This document shows, piece after piece, positions 55,841 through 64,000 of a stretch of 64,000 nt of DNA. The stretch is from Oscillospiraceae bacterium (GTDB lineage Bacteria; Bacillota; Clostridia; Oscillospirales; SIG627). Position 1 is the stretch's first letter. Every line of letters begins with the position of its first letter. The translations under genes were made by a program, and so were the position numbers. Location: assembly GCA_015063985.1 (NCBI GenBank), contig SVTC01000007.1:35477-99476 (forward strand), given 5' to 3'. The notes under the pieces were generated by a model. That model saw nothing but the letters and a program-made list of their open reading frames with translations. It did not search any database and had not been told where the DNA came from.

Positions 55841-56650
55841 TTAAATTTCCTCGTCGCCGTGTTTTGCCATCCATTCCAAAGCCACGTCGTAAGCTTCGTA
55901 ATCCAAGTCAGCCATGGTGTTGGTGTGGAGCACAACTCCCTCTGCCTCGCCCGCAAGGATCTTTTCGCGGTAGAAATCCAACTGCCACTTCACAGATTCG
56001 CCCGTGGCTTGCTTGCTCTCTCCGAAATTATAGAGATAACAGCCAAACATACGGCGCTGGTTGGGAGTGAGCTTTTTCAAGATCTCGAACTTTTCGGGTA
56101 TCTGAGGCGCATTCTTTTCCTCCCAGTTCCACATAATAATTCCGTTAAAGGGATCCATATATTTTTTAAAGGCAAGATCCGATTCCGGCTTCACGCCGAA
56201 TTCGTGGGTATAGAGCACCATCCACATATCTATCTTTCGCACGGGGTTATTGTTAAGCCTTTCTCTGACTTCCCAAAGCTTCTTTTCGTCAACGGGCGGC
56301 AAGCCTTTTTTCTCCAAATATTTTGCTTTAACTCTGAAATCGTCAAAAACCGCCGCGGTAATATTGGGAAATTCCTTTGATTCTTCGATTATCTGCTCAA
56401 CCTTTTCGGGATGCGCATCAGCACCGAAACATTCCCAGCCCACCGCAGAAAGAGTTTTGAAGGATTTGTTATACTGTCTGCGATTCACGTCCACGCCCAC
56501 GGGCACCATAAAGGTCTTGCTTATTCCCATATACAAACAGCCCTCCATGGGAGTCATTCTGGACACCGCAAAGTTGCCGTAATTATCCGCGTTATTGTTA
56601 TAGCGTCCCTCGGGATGTCCCCACTGCCAAAAGGTATCTCTTAATTTCAT
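55841..56650 (-). CDS. hypothetical 269-aa protein
   Basis: Uninterrupted ORF with coding-like composition. I recognise no motif. Confidence 0.55.
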   Translation of the reverse strand: MKLRDTFWQWGHPEGRYNNNADNYGNFAVSRMTPMEGCLYMGISKTFMVPVGVDVNRRQYNKSFKTLSAVGWECFGADAHPEKVEQIIEESKEFPNITAAVFDDFRVKAKYLEKKGLPPVDEKKLWEVRERLNNNPVRKIDMWMVLYTHEFGVKPESDLAFKKYMDPFNGIIMWNWEEKNAPQIPEKFEILKKLTPNQRRMFGCYLYNFGESKQATGESVKWQLDFYREKILAGEAEGVVLHTNTMADLDYEAYDVALEWMAKHGDEEI

Positions 56651-56764
56651 AGCTTTATCTCCTGAAAAAATATTGATTTTTCGCTAAAAGGATGTATAAT
56701 AATTATATATAATTAAGCCACATCAAGGAATATAAAAACGGTTTAAAAATATGGAGTTTTGGCT

Positions 56765-57526
56765 ATGAACAAAATTTCTCTTCAGCTCACTCATTCAGGC
56801 AGGCGCCTCACAGACAAAAGCTTTAAGGGCACGGTTATCTCTCCCACGGAATCAAGGCTTTATTTCATTCTCAGCGGAAGCTTCGTTATCGTCTCGCCAA
56901 ACAATGAAAAAACTGTCCTTTCCCAAGGAAATTCCTATCTGATCCCCTCGGGCTATTCCTTCGACTACTATTGCCCCGACGAAATGGATCACGTCTTTTT
57001 CCACGTCACTCTCACCGCTTTCGACGGCTTGGATCTTTTAAGAAGCGTTGAGCGCCCCATCTCCCGACCCTTTGAAAGCATTCCCGAGGACGTCTTTCGC
57101 TTCAAAACAATAGTCGAAAGCTTAAAAACCGAAGCCTTTATCATTGCTTCTCTCCACGCCCTGCTTTTGGAAAACAATATGAATTTAGACACAAATCCAT
57201 ATTCCAAAGAGGTAAAAAAGGCAATGGAATACGTTCAAAGGAATTTATCGGTTCAACTAAGCGTTAAAGACATCGCAAAAAACGCATTCACCGCCCCCAG
57301 CACCCTTTCCAGAAAATTCAGAAAGGAAACCTCAATGAGCCCGGGGGAATATCTTGACAGTATGGTTTTTCGGGAAGCAAAGCGCCTTTTAAAATCGGGC
57401 AAGCACTCAATTCTGGAAATAAGCGAGCGTTTGGGCTTTTCCGATCAGTTCTATTTTTCCCGCCGATTCACCGAAAAATACGGCGTTTCCCCATCGAAAT
57501 ACCGCCGAAGCCATTTGGATATATAA
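56765..57526 (+). CDS. AraC-family transcriptional regulator
   Basis: C-terminal double HTH (GFSDQFYFSRRFTEKYGVSP). I prefer the ATG at 56765 over the TTG at 56759. Confidence 0.85.
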   Translation: MNKISLQLTHSGRRLTDKSFKGTVISPTESRLYFILSGSFVIVSPNNEKTVLSQGNSYLIPSGYSFDYYCPDEMDHVFFHVTLTAFDGLDLLRSVERPISRPFESIPEDVFRFKTIVESLKTEAFIIASLHALLLENNMNLDTNPYSKEVKKAMEYVQRNLSVQLSVKDIAKNAFTAPSTLSRKFRKETSMSPGEYLDSMVFREAKRLLKSGKHSILEISERLGFSDQFYFSRRFTEKYGVSPSKYRRSHLDI

Positions 57527-57598
57527 GTTGCTTTTAGTATAAGGATATGGTATAATAAAAAGCATTCCGCTTAACAATAAAACGAAAGGAGCGAGAAT

Positions 57599-59560
57599 AT
57601 GCCCGACAAGTTTATTTTACATTCAAATTACAAGCCCACAGGGGATCAGCCCGAGGCCATCGAAAAGCTTACCGAAGGCTTGGAAAACGGCTTAAAGGAG
57701 CAGGTTTTACTTGGCGTAACAGGATCGGGAAAAACCTTCACAATGGCAAACGTCATCGAAAAAGCCAACCGCCCCACCCTTGTTTTAGCTCACAACAAGA
57801 CCCTTGCCGGACAGCTCTACACCGAATTCAAGGAATTTTTCCCCGACAATGCGGTGGAATACTTCGTTAGCTATTACGATTACTACCAGCCCGAAGCCTA
57901 CATACCCGGCAGAGACATATACATCGAAAAGGATTCCGCCATCAACGACGACATTGACCGGATGCGCCACAGTGCCACATCCGCTCTCTTTGAACGCAGA
58001 GACGTTATAATAGTCGCCAGTGTAAGCTGCATCTACACCCTTGGCGATCCCGAGGAATACAAAAGCATGGTGTTGAGTCTGCGCCCCGGTATGGAAATGT
58101 CAATAGAAGAGCTGACAAGAAGGCTTGTGGACATCCAATATCAGCGCAACGACTTTTCCCTTGAAAGAGGAAAGTTCAGAGTCAGGGGCGACACCGTGGA
58201 CATCTACGCCGCCTCAGGCAGCGACGAGGCAATAAGAGTTGAGTTTTTCGGCGACGAAATAGACCGCATCTTCCTTATACACACCGTCACCGCCCAGCTT
58301 CTGGGAAAGCTCAGCCACGCCGCCATCTACCCCGCCACCCACTACGTCACGGGGGATGAAAAGCGCGAGGAGGCCATTGAACGCATAGAAAAGGAAATGA
58401 CCGACAGAGTCATATTCTTCAAAAACGAGGGCAAGCTCCTTGAGGCACAGCGTTTGGAGGAAAGAGTCCGCTACGATATGGAAATGCTCAGGGAAATAGG
58501 CTACTGCTCGGGTATAGAAAACTACTCCGCAGTCTTTGCGGGAAAGGCGCCCGGGAGCCCCCCTTTCACTCTTTTGGACTATTTCCCCGACGATTTTCTT
58601 TTGATCGTGGACGAAAGCCACGTAAGTCTGCCACAGGTCAAGGGAATGAGCGCAGGCGACCGCGCACGCAAAAAGAATCTTATCGACTACGGCTTCCGTC
58701 TCCCCAGCGCCTACGACAATCGCCCCCTTACCTTCGACGAATTTGATGCAAAGCTGGGTCAGATAATCTACGTAAGCGCCACCCCCGGCCCCCTTGAAAT
58801 GGATCGCGCCGATCAAGTAGTACAACAGCTAATCCGTCCCACCGGCCTCCTTGATCCTATCATCGAGCTCTGTCCCGTGGAAGGACAGATAGACGACCTC
58901 ATAGGAAGGATCAACGACACCGTCGACAAGGGTCAACGCGCCCTTGTGGTAACTCTCACAAAGAAAATGGCCGAGGATCTCACGGATCATCTATCCCAAA
59001 ACGGCATCAAGGTCAGATATATGCATCACGCCACCGAAACGGTAGAGCGTGCAGAGCTTCTCAGAAAGCTTCGCGAGGGCGATTTCGACGTCCTGGTCGG
59101 CATAAACCTCCTAAGAGAAGGTCTCGACCTACCCGAGGTATCCCTTATCGCCATTCTGGATGCCGACAAGGAAGGCTTTTTAAGGTCTCAGCGCTCCCTT
59201 ATTCAGATAATCGGACGAGCCGCAAGGCATGTTGAGGGCAAGGTTGTTATGTACGCCGACAGCATCACCGATTCAATGAAGGGCGCCATCGACGAGACCA
59301 ACCGCCGCCGTGCCATCCAGGAGGAGTACAACAAAGCCAACGGCATTACTCCCCGTTCGGTAAGCTCTCAGATCAAAAAGCTCACCCTAACCCGAGAAGA
59401 AGAAGCCCCCGAGACGACCCAAGCACCCGCAGAGCTCCCCTCACCCGAGGAACAGATCTCCCTTCTTACCGACGCAATGAAAAAAGCCGCCGCAGAGCTC
59501 AATTTCGAAAGGGCGGCAGAGCTCCGCGACAAAATAAAAGAACTGGAAAAGGAGCTATAA
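57599..59560 (+). CDS. uvrB: excinuclease ABC subunit B
   Basis: [21 protein letters not shown] and a C-terminal UVR domain. 653 aa. Confidence 0.97.
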   Translation: MPDKFILHSNYKPTGDQPEAIEKLTEGLENGLKEQVLLGVTGSGKTFTMANVIEKANRPTLVLAHNKTLAGQLYTEFKEFFPDNAVEYFVSYYDYYQPEAYIPGRDIYIEKDSAINDDIDRMRHSATSALFERRDVIIVASVSCIYTLGDPEEYKSMVLSLRPGMEMSIEELTRRLVDIQYQRNDFSLERGKFRVRGDTVDIYAASGSDEAIRVEFFGDEIDRIFLIHTVTAQLLGKLSHAAIYPATHYVTGDEKREEAIERIEKEMTDRVIFFKNEGKLLEAQRLEERVRYDMEMLREIGYCSGIENYSAVFAGKAPGSPPFTLLDYFPDDFLLIVDESHVSLPQVKGMSAGDRARKKNLIDYGFRLPSAYDNRPLTFDEFDAKLGQIIYVSATPGPLEMDRADQVVQQLIRPTGLLDPIIELCPVEGQIDDLIGRINDTVDKGQRALVVTLTKKMAEDLTDHLSQNGIKVRYMHHATETVERAELLRKLREGDFDVLVGINLLREGLDLPEVSLIAILDADKEGFLRSQRSLIQIIGRAARHVEGKVVMYADSITDSMKGAIDETNRRRAIQEEYNKANGITPRSVSSQIKKLTLTREEEAPETTQAPAELPSPEEQISLLTDAMKKAAAELNFERAAELRDKIKELEKEL

Positions 59561-59564
59561 ATAT

Positions 59565-60260
59565 ATGTACAACTCAAAGCTCAAAGCCCTCACCTTCAGC
59601 TTTGATGACGGCGTCACTCAGGATCAACGTCTTATCAAGCTATTGGACAAATATCACCTGCGCTCCACCTTCAACATAAATTCCGCAAGGCTGGATCAGG
59701 CCAAGATCCTCCTCGTAGGCGACGTGACGGTCAGCCACTGCAAGCCCCGTCCCTGCGAGATCAAGGCGATCTACCAAAACCACGAGGTGGCAGGCCACAC
59801 CCTCAGCCACCCCTGTCTGACCACCCGCAGTGACGACGAAATAGTCCGCGAGGTGGAGCAGGACCGTCTTGCTCTCTCCCAACTCTGCCAATACGAGGTG
59901 GTAGGCTTTGCCTATCCCGGAGGCTCCCAATACGTGGACGACAGAGTCATAAGCGCCGTAAGGACCCGCACCGGTGTTAAATACGCACGCAACGCCTGCA
60001 CCTCCGGCAGCTTCGATCCGCCCACCGATCTTTTCAACGTGATCCCCACCGCCTCCTTTCTTGACGGCAATATTTTGGAGCTTGCAAAAGAGTTTATCGC
60101 CATCTCTCCCCATTCCCCCAAGCTATTCTTCATCTACGGACACGCCTACGAGCCCGACGGCTACTCCGACGGCTGGGAAAGAGTGGAAAAACTCTTCTCT
60201 CTCATCTCGCACAAGGATGACGTCTTCTACGGCACCAACAAAGAATGCCTACTTTTTTGA
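59565..60260 (+). CDS. polysaccharide deacetylase (CE4 / NodB-homology domain)
   Basis: The LTFSFDDG and GHTLSHP motifs. The last 13 nt, including the TGA, lie inside the repeat hairpin at 60248-60271. Confidence 0.8.
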   Translation: MYNSKLKALTFSFDDGVTQDQRLIKLLDKYHLRSTFNINSARLDQAKILLVGDVTVSHCKPRPCEIKAIYQNHEVAGHTLSHPCLTTRSDDEIVREVEQDRLALSQLCQYEVVGFAYPGGSQYVDDRVISAVRTRTGVKYARNACTSGSFDPPTDLFNVIPTASFLDGNILELAKEFIAISPHSPKLFFIYGHAYEPDGYSDGWERVEKLFSLISHKDDVFYGTNKECLLF

Positions 60261-60506
60261 AAAAAAGTAGGCAAAAAACTTTTATTGTCGATAGACTCAG
60301 CACGAACACAGTGCTCGATGCTTTGCTTTTCGGGAACAACCCTTTTTAAAAGCAGGCAAAAAGCTTTTATTGTCGATGGAGTCGGCACGAACACAGTTCT
60401 CGATGCTTTGCTTTTCGGGAACAACCCTTTTTAAAAACAGGCAAAAAACTTTTATTGTCGATAGAGTCGGCACGAACACAGTGCTCAATGCTTTAACTTT
60501 ACATAA
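60248..60506 (+). repeat. hairpin plus three 85-bp tandem units ending in TTTACATAA (locus B)
   Basis: CCTAC T6 G A7 GTAGG is at 60248-60271. GGCAAAAA recurs at 60270, 60355 and 60440, giving an 85-nt period. TTTACATAA is at 60498-60506. Confidence 0.85.
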
Positions 60507-60545
60507 TTCGCATTTACAAATGTTATGTAGATCAAACAGAGCTAA

Positions 60546-60906
60546 AAAAGGAAGACCGACAAGAGGCACACTTCCTTACGGAGTGTGCCTCAATTTTCTT
60601 TTTATATAAAATTTGACACTTTCTGTTTGAAAGTGTCATAGTGGGTTACATACTTTGAAATATTACCTATCTCAAAGATAAAAATAATAAGTGATATTGT
60701 GAGACAGGTCTCACAGTGATATTTTTGATAAATCAAAAGTGATATTAAAACCTTGCGGTTTTAGTGATATTTTATTCGCCCCTAAACTCGCAAAGCGAAT
60801 AACACTCGGCTATAGCCGAATATAACTGCGAAGCAATACAACTCGCCTTTGGCGAATAAAACTGAGGCACACTTCCTTACGGAGTGTGCCTCAAGGTCTT
60901 CCTTTT
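60546..60906 (+). repeat. hairpin-ladder element, copy B (TIR-bounded)
   Basis: AAAAGGAAGACC (60546-57) pairs with GGTCTTCCTTTT (60895-906). An identical 31-nt hairpin unit occurs at 60563-93 and 60864-94. GTGATAT occurs 4 times and then ATAnnAC 4 times, interleaved with perfect hairpins. Confidence 0.85.
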
Positions 60907-60910
60907 GCTT

Positions 60911-62425
60911 TTAATAAATATTTATCGCGGATTCGTCCACCTTATCGAGAACAATGTCCACATCCTCGCGGCTTACCTTTTTTCCGTTGAGATAAAGCCC
61001 CTCTACAGTCACGCCGTCCATTCGGCTGGTGGGAATAAAGTTTTTCATCTTCACCTTGAGACATTTTGTTCCAAGCTTCTCAAGGATCTTCTCATCGCAA
61101 TAAACGAAAATATCCTTAAGCTTAATATCCGTCACTGACGCATAGCGCTCATCACCCAAGGTGATCTTACTCTTGGATTCCCCAAGATTAAGAAAAGCAT
61201 AGCTTTCGCGGAAGCGCTTATTCCTGATACTGAGAACACCGGCAACCTCCATCTCATCCTTATTCGAATACTTCCCATCATCGCTCTTCTGAAGCTGACA
61301 CCCGGTGTAGAAGCTTTCCAGCTCCAATCTGATATTTTCAAATCTGATATTCTTGACCCGAGCATAGTCACCGTTCTGAATATCGCAAGCGGTATTACCG
61401 CCTCTTAAAATATCGCAGTCGTAAAATACTATATCGTCGTACTCATCCGCCGATGTCTCCAGGCCTATCTCACAGGTCTTACCCCAATCGCACCAAAGCA
61501 CACAGCCCTCGATCCTTATCCTGCGATTATCGGTCCGGCAGTATCTGTCTATCCCCTTAACGGTTACGGTATCGTCAAAGGAATGGATAAAAGAACCCTT
61601 GATAAGCACGTCTTGGCAATTCACCACGTCTACACCGTCGGTATTATATCTCCACTGGCCGAATACGTTTATCCTATCCAGCAACACGTCTTTACAATGG
61701 AAAAGATTGATGCACCATATCGCAGAATTCATAAAGCCAACGCCCTCAACGCTGACATTACTGCAATCGTAAAGCTTAAAGTTGCCGTTTGCATACGGCT
61801 CATAGCAATGCTGAGAAAACCTTTCCTCACCGCTGTCATCAAATATTCCGTTTCCGAAAATGCGAATATTCTCGGCGTTTTCGGCATAAATGCATCCGTA
61901 TACCAATGCATCCTTATCCACGTACACGCTCTCGTTGGACTTCAGAGTGATCTTGCCGGGAAAATGCACTCCCCTTCCGAAATAATAGCTGACCTTCTCG
62001 GGCTCCTCGCAAACCACGGGCTTATTATTAAAGATGTATAAAAGGCCGTGATAATCGTCTATCTCCAGAACGTATGCGCCGTTTTCCTTCAAGGTGAACT
62101 TAAGCTTACCATCACGCTTCTCGGGTACTACCTTCTTGGAGTAAGGCTTTAGCATAACTCTGCCGTCAATACTCTTGGTCAAGGACTCTACCTCAAGCTC
62201 CACGTCCTCGTCGGAGACAAGATTTACGTAAGACACCTTACAGCTCTGCTCCACAGGCCTCTGAAAGCCCGGCCACCATCTGTTAAAGGGATAATCCGAT
62301 ATCCTGCAGGTATAAACGGGTATCCTTTCGCCACGTGCGTAAACTCTGTAATTCCCGGACTCCTCCACCTCAATGGGAAAAGCGGACAGCTTCCAATCGT
62401 GTTTAAATCGGGAATAAGAAAACAT
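60911..62425 (-). CDS. right-handed beta-helix glycoside hydrolase (GH28-like)
   Basis: The NTDGVD and SFDDTVTVKG motifs are characteristic of GH28/pectin-lyase-fold enzymes. 504 aa. Confidence 0.55.
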   Translation of the reverse strand: MFSYSRFKHDWKLSAFPIEVEESGNYRVYARGERIPVYTCRISDYPFNRWWPGFQRPVEQSCKVSYVNLVSDEDVELEVESLTKSIDGRVMLKPYSKKVVPEKRDGKLKFTLKENGAYVLEIDDYHGLLYIFNNKPVVCEEPEKVSYYFGRGVHFPGKITLKSNESVYVDKDALVYGCIYAENAENIRIFGNGIFDDSGEERFSQHCYEPYANGNFKLYDCSNVSVEGVGFMNSAIWCINLFHCKDVLLDRINVFGQWRYNTDGVDVVNCQDVLIKGSFIHSFDDTVTVKGIDRYCRTDNRRIRIEGCVLWCDWGKTCEIGLETSADEYDDIVFYDCDILRGGNTACDIQNGDYARVKNIRFENIRLELESFYTGCQLQKSDDGKYSNKDEMEVAGVLSIRNKRFRESYAFLNLGESKSKITLGDERYASVTDIKLKDIFVYCDEKILEKLGTKCLKVKMKNFIPTSRMDGVTVEGLYLNGKKVSREDVDIVLDKVDESAINIY

Positions 62426-62512
62426 ATCAGTACCTCCAACCCTTCATCACAAATTCTTTACGTATACCAATATTAACGCCGCGCAAAGCTTCTTCCAAGC
62501 TAAGTCATTTCC

Positions 62513-63910
62513 TTATTGGCATTCTTCCTTTATAAACTGCAAAACGCCCGCCGACCAGCCGTGGCAAAGGCTATGCCTGAAGCCCTTATAGCAGAAGGCT
62601 CCGAAATCACCGTGAACGTCCTTTTGCCCCTTTTGGGGAAGACGGTCGATCCTCGAGGAATCTTGTGCCCACAGTATATCGTAATCCTCCCAAAAGGTGG
62701 TGGCTCCCTTATCAAGCATCGAGCCGTAATATTCCTTCATCATCTCAACGGCGGCCTTCTTATCAAAGGATGCCACTGCAGTTAAGATATAATAGCTCAT
62801 AAAGGTGGACATTCCCTCGGCTCCGCCCCTTACCAAAAGCTCCCTATCGCAATCATCAAGTCCCACTGCCCAATGCTTAAGACCTGCAACCTGCTTGCTC
62901 TTTTTCACCTCTATTTTCTTTAAGAGCAGGCGATCAAGGGTGGTTTTTGCCTTAACTGTGCTTCTTTTGTACATTTCAAGCAAAAACATTGCCTTCTTCA
63001 TTGCAATTATATTTATCGCCCTTACTCCGCCAAGCTCATCCTCCGTTCCGCTGCTGGGCCAATCCACAAAATAAGAGGGATAATCAAGGCTTCCGTCCTC
63101 CTTGACACAAGGCGCCATCATCTCCACCAGAGCCTCAAGGTAATCTATCTGCTTATCAAGATAGTCCTTTGACTTGGTCTTTTCGTAGTAGTCGGCAAGA
63201 ATTATTATCCACCACATGGAATACATGGGTATTCTATTCATCCATGCGGGAAGGGGCGTCTTTTCCCTGACGTAATCCAAGGATCTTTCTATAACGGATA
63301 ATCTGCCGTAAAGAGTTGTCAAGGCAAGCATTTCCGGATGTATATCTCCGATCCACACCAGCCTGTCACGCTTTACTCCGTCCCACAGATAATCTCCCGC
63401 GGCGCAAAGATCCACCGTACGCTTTGCGGTAAGATATATGCGTTTTATCAGCTTGTCATCTCCCGTATAGGAATAAAGGCATCTTTTTCTCAGTATGTTG
63501 TTTTGCGCCACCACGGTTTTTATGGTAATATCGCCGTAAAAATCCAGCCTCACAAAACGAAATCCCGTGTTGGCAAAGCTCATATCGGAATAATTCTGAA
63601 GCTCGGCATAAAAATCCCTGAGGGCGTGATCATTGGTGGCGTTCTGCTCTCCGTAAAGCTCGGAGCAGCACTCGCTGAGGCTCTCTCCGAAGCGTATTCT
63701 CACCTTGACCCTTTTCCCCTTGTGAACAAGGATCCTTATCCCGCCGTTCATTTCCTTACCGAAATCCAAAATAACGTACCCGCCCTCAAGGCACTTGGCA
63801 CATTTTTCCTCCGTAAGACCTATCTGCAGCTCCTGCTTTATCAAAAGGTTTTCTCCGTCGCTGACAAAACGGCTATCCTTGACTCTTTTTGCAAATACAA
63901 TCTCTTTCAT
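62513..63910 (-). CDS. six-hairpin glycosidase-like protein (GH78 alpha-L-rhamnosidase-like, short form)
   Basis: The C-terminal HGWSAG motif and (alpha/alpha)6-like composition. It is shorter than typical GH78 enzymes, so the assignment is tentative. Confidence 0.4.
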   Translation of the reverse strand: MKEIVFAKRVKDSRFVSDGENLLIKQELQIGLTEEKCAKCLEGGYVILDFGKEMNGGIRILVHKGKRVKVRIRFGESLSECCSELYGEQNATNDHALRDFYAELQNYSDMSFANTGFRFVRLDFYGDITIKTVVAQNNILRKRCLYSYTGDDKLIKRIYLTAKRTVDLCAAGDYLWDGVKRDRLVWIGDIHPEMLALTTLYGRLSVIERSLDYVREKTPLPAWMNRIPMYSMWWIIILADYYEKTKSKDYLDKQIDYLEALVEMMAPCVKEDGSLDYPSYFVDWPSSGTEDELGGVRAINIIAMKKAMFLLEMYKRSTVKAKTTLDRLLLKKIEVKKSKQVAGLKHWAVGLDDCDRELLVRGGAEGMSTFMSYYILTAVASFDKKAAVEMMKEYYGSMLDKGATTFWEDYDILWAQDSSRIDRLPQKGQKDVHGDFGAFCYKGFRHSLCHGWSAGVLQFIKEECQ

Positions 63911-64000
63911 TTTTTACCTCCCAAGACTTTTTTCGATTATATCACATTCTTTTGCGTTTTTCAATAAAGAAATAAATAAACGGCTTGTTTAAGTTATTTT

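Noticed and set aside
60246-60262. Programmed -1 frameshifting on C TTT TTT G that would join the deacetylase to the repeat-encoded tail.
   Set aside because: The run is not a canonical X XXY YYZ heptamer in the gene's frame. The downstream units carry their own stops, and nothing else supports recoding. It is mentioned as speculative in the finding only.
1-64000. A search by eye for tRNA, rRNA, tmRNA, transposase, integrase, phage, toxin-antitoxin or restriction-modification genes.
   Set aside because: I found none of these. No ORF has the characteristic motifs, and no tRNA-like GTTCGAATC T-arm sequence was noticed. A tRNAscan/Infernal run would be needed to exclude small RNA genes rigorously.

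Overview
This is a chromosomal window of roughly 50% G+C from an endospore-forming Firmicute. The class Clostridia is inferred from spoIIR, the cdaA-cdaR pair, the der/plsY/ispE/rpmF synteny and typical GGAGG ribosome-binding sites.

Gene content:
- Positions 1-17.7 kb are mostly conserved housekeeping genes: an EngB tail, a Rad3/DinG-like helicase, glnA, spoIIR, ispE, plsY, der, a DUF512 radical-SAM gene, rpmF, DUF177, cdaR, cdaA, htpG, a flippase, tagD, a sirtuin and an SGNH hydrolase.
- Positions 17.9-64 kb are accessory and carbohydrate-oriented. They hold three xylose-isomerase-like TIM-barrel genes, an orphan lipoprotein solute-binding protein, DUF2961/GH172, GH39-, GH28- and GH78-like enzymes, two SGNH hydrolases, a CE4 deacetylase, four AraC regulators, an MFS and a MATE transporter, trkA/trkH and uvrB.
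- I saw no rRNA, tRNA, CRISPR array, cas gene, transposase, integrase or phage gene.

The most unusual content is intergenic and modular:
1. Two elements of about 370 bp (34121-34506 and 60546-60906) are bounded by AAAGGAAG(A/G)C inverted repeats. Their core is a ladder of perfect hairpins joined, with no spare nucleotides, by an invariant 7-mer and then by its reverse complement.
2. A hairpin-plus-tandem-repeat module starts exactly at the nucleotide after the stop codon of three unrelated enzyme genes, and overlaps the end of a fourth. In one locus it stays open for 91 codons in frame with the upstream gene, with mostly third-position differences between repeat units.
3. TTTACATAA inverted-repeat boxes accompany these modules.
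4. A 47-nt repeat core with a 32-bp perfect palindrome brackets the sirtuin-SGNH gene pair.
5. A promoter-to-terminator unit of about 214 nt (50301-50514) looks like a standalone sRNA with a 24-nt all-pyrimidine loop.

All functional interpretations of these elements are inference. Only the sequence patterns are observed directly.
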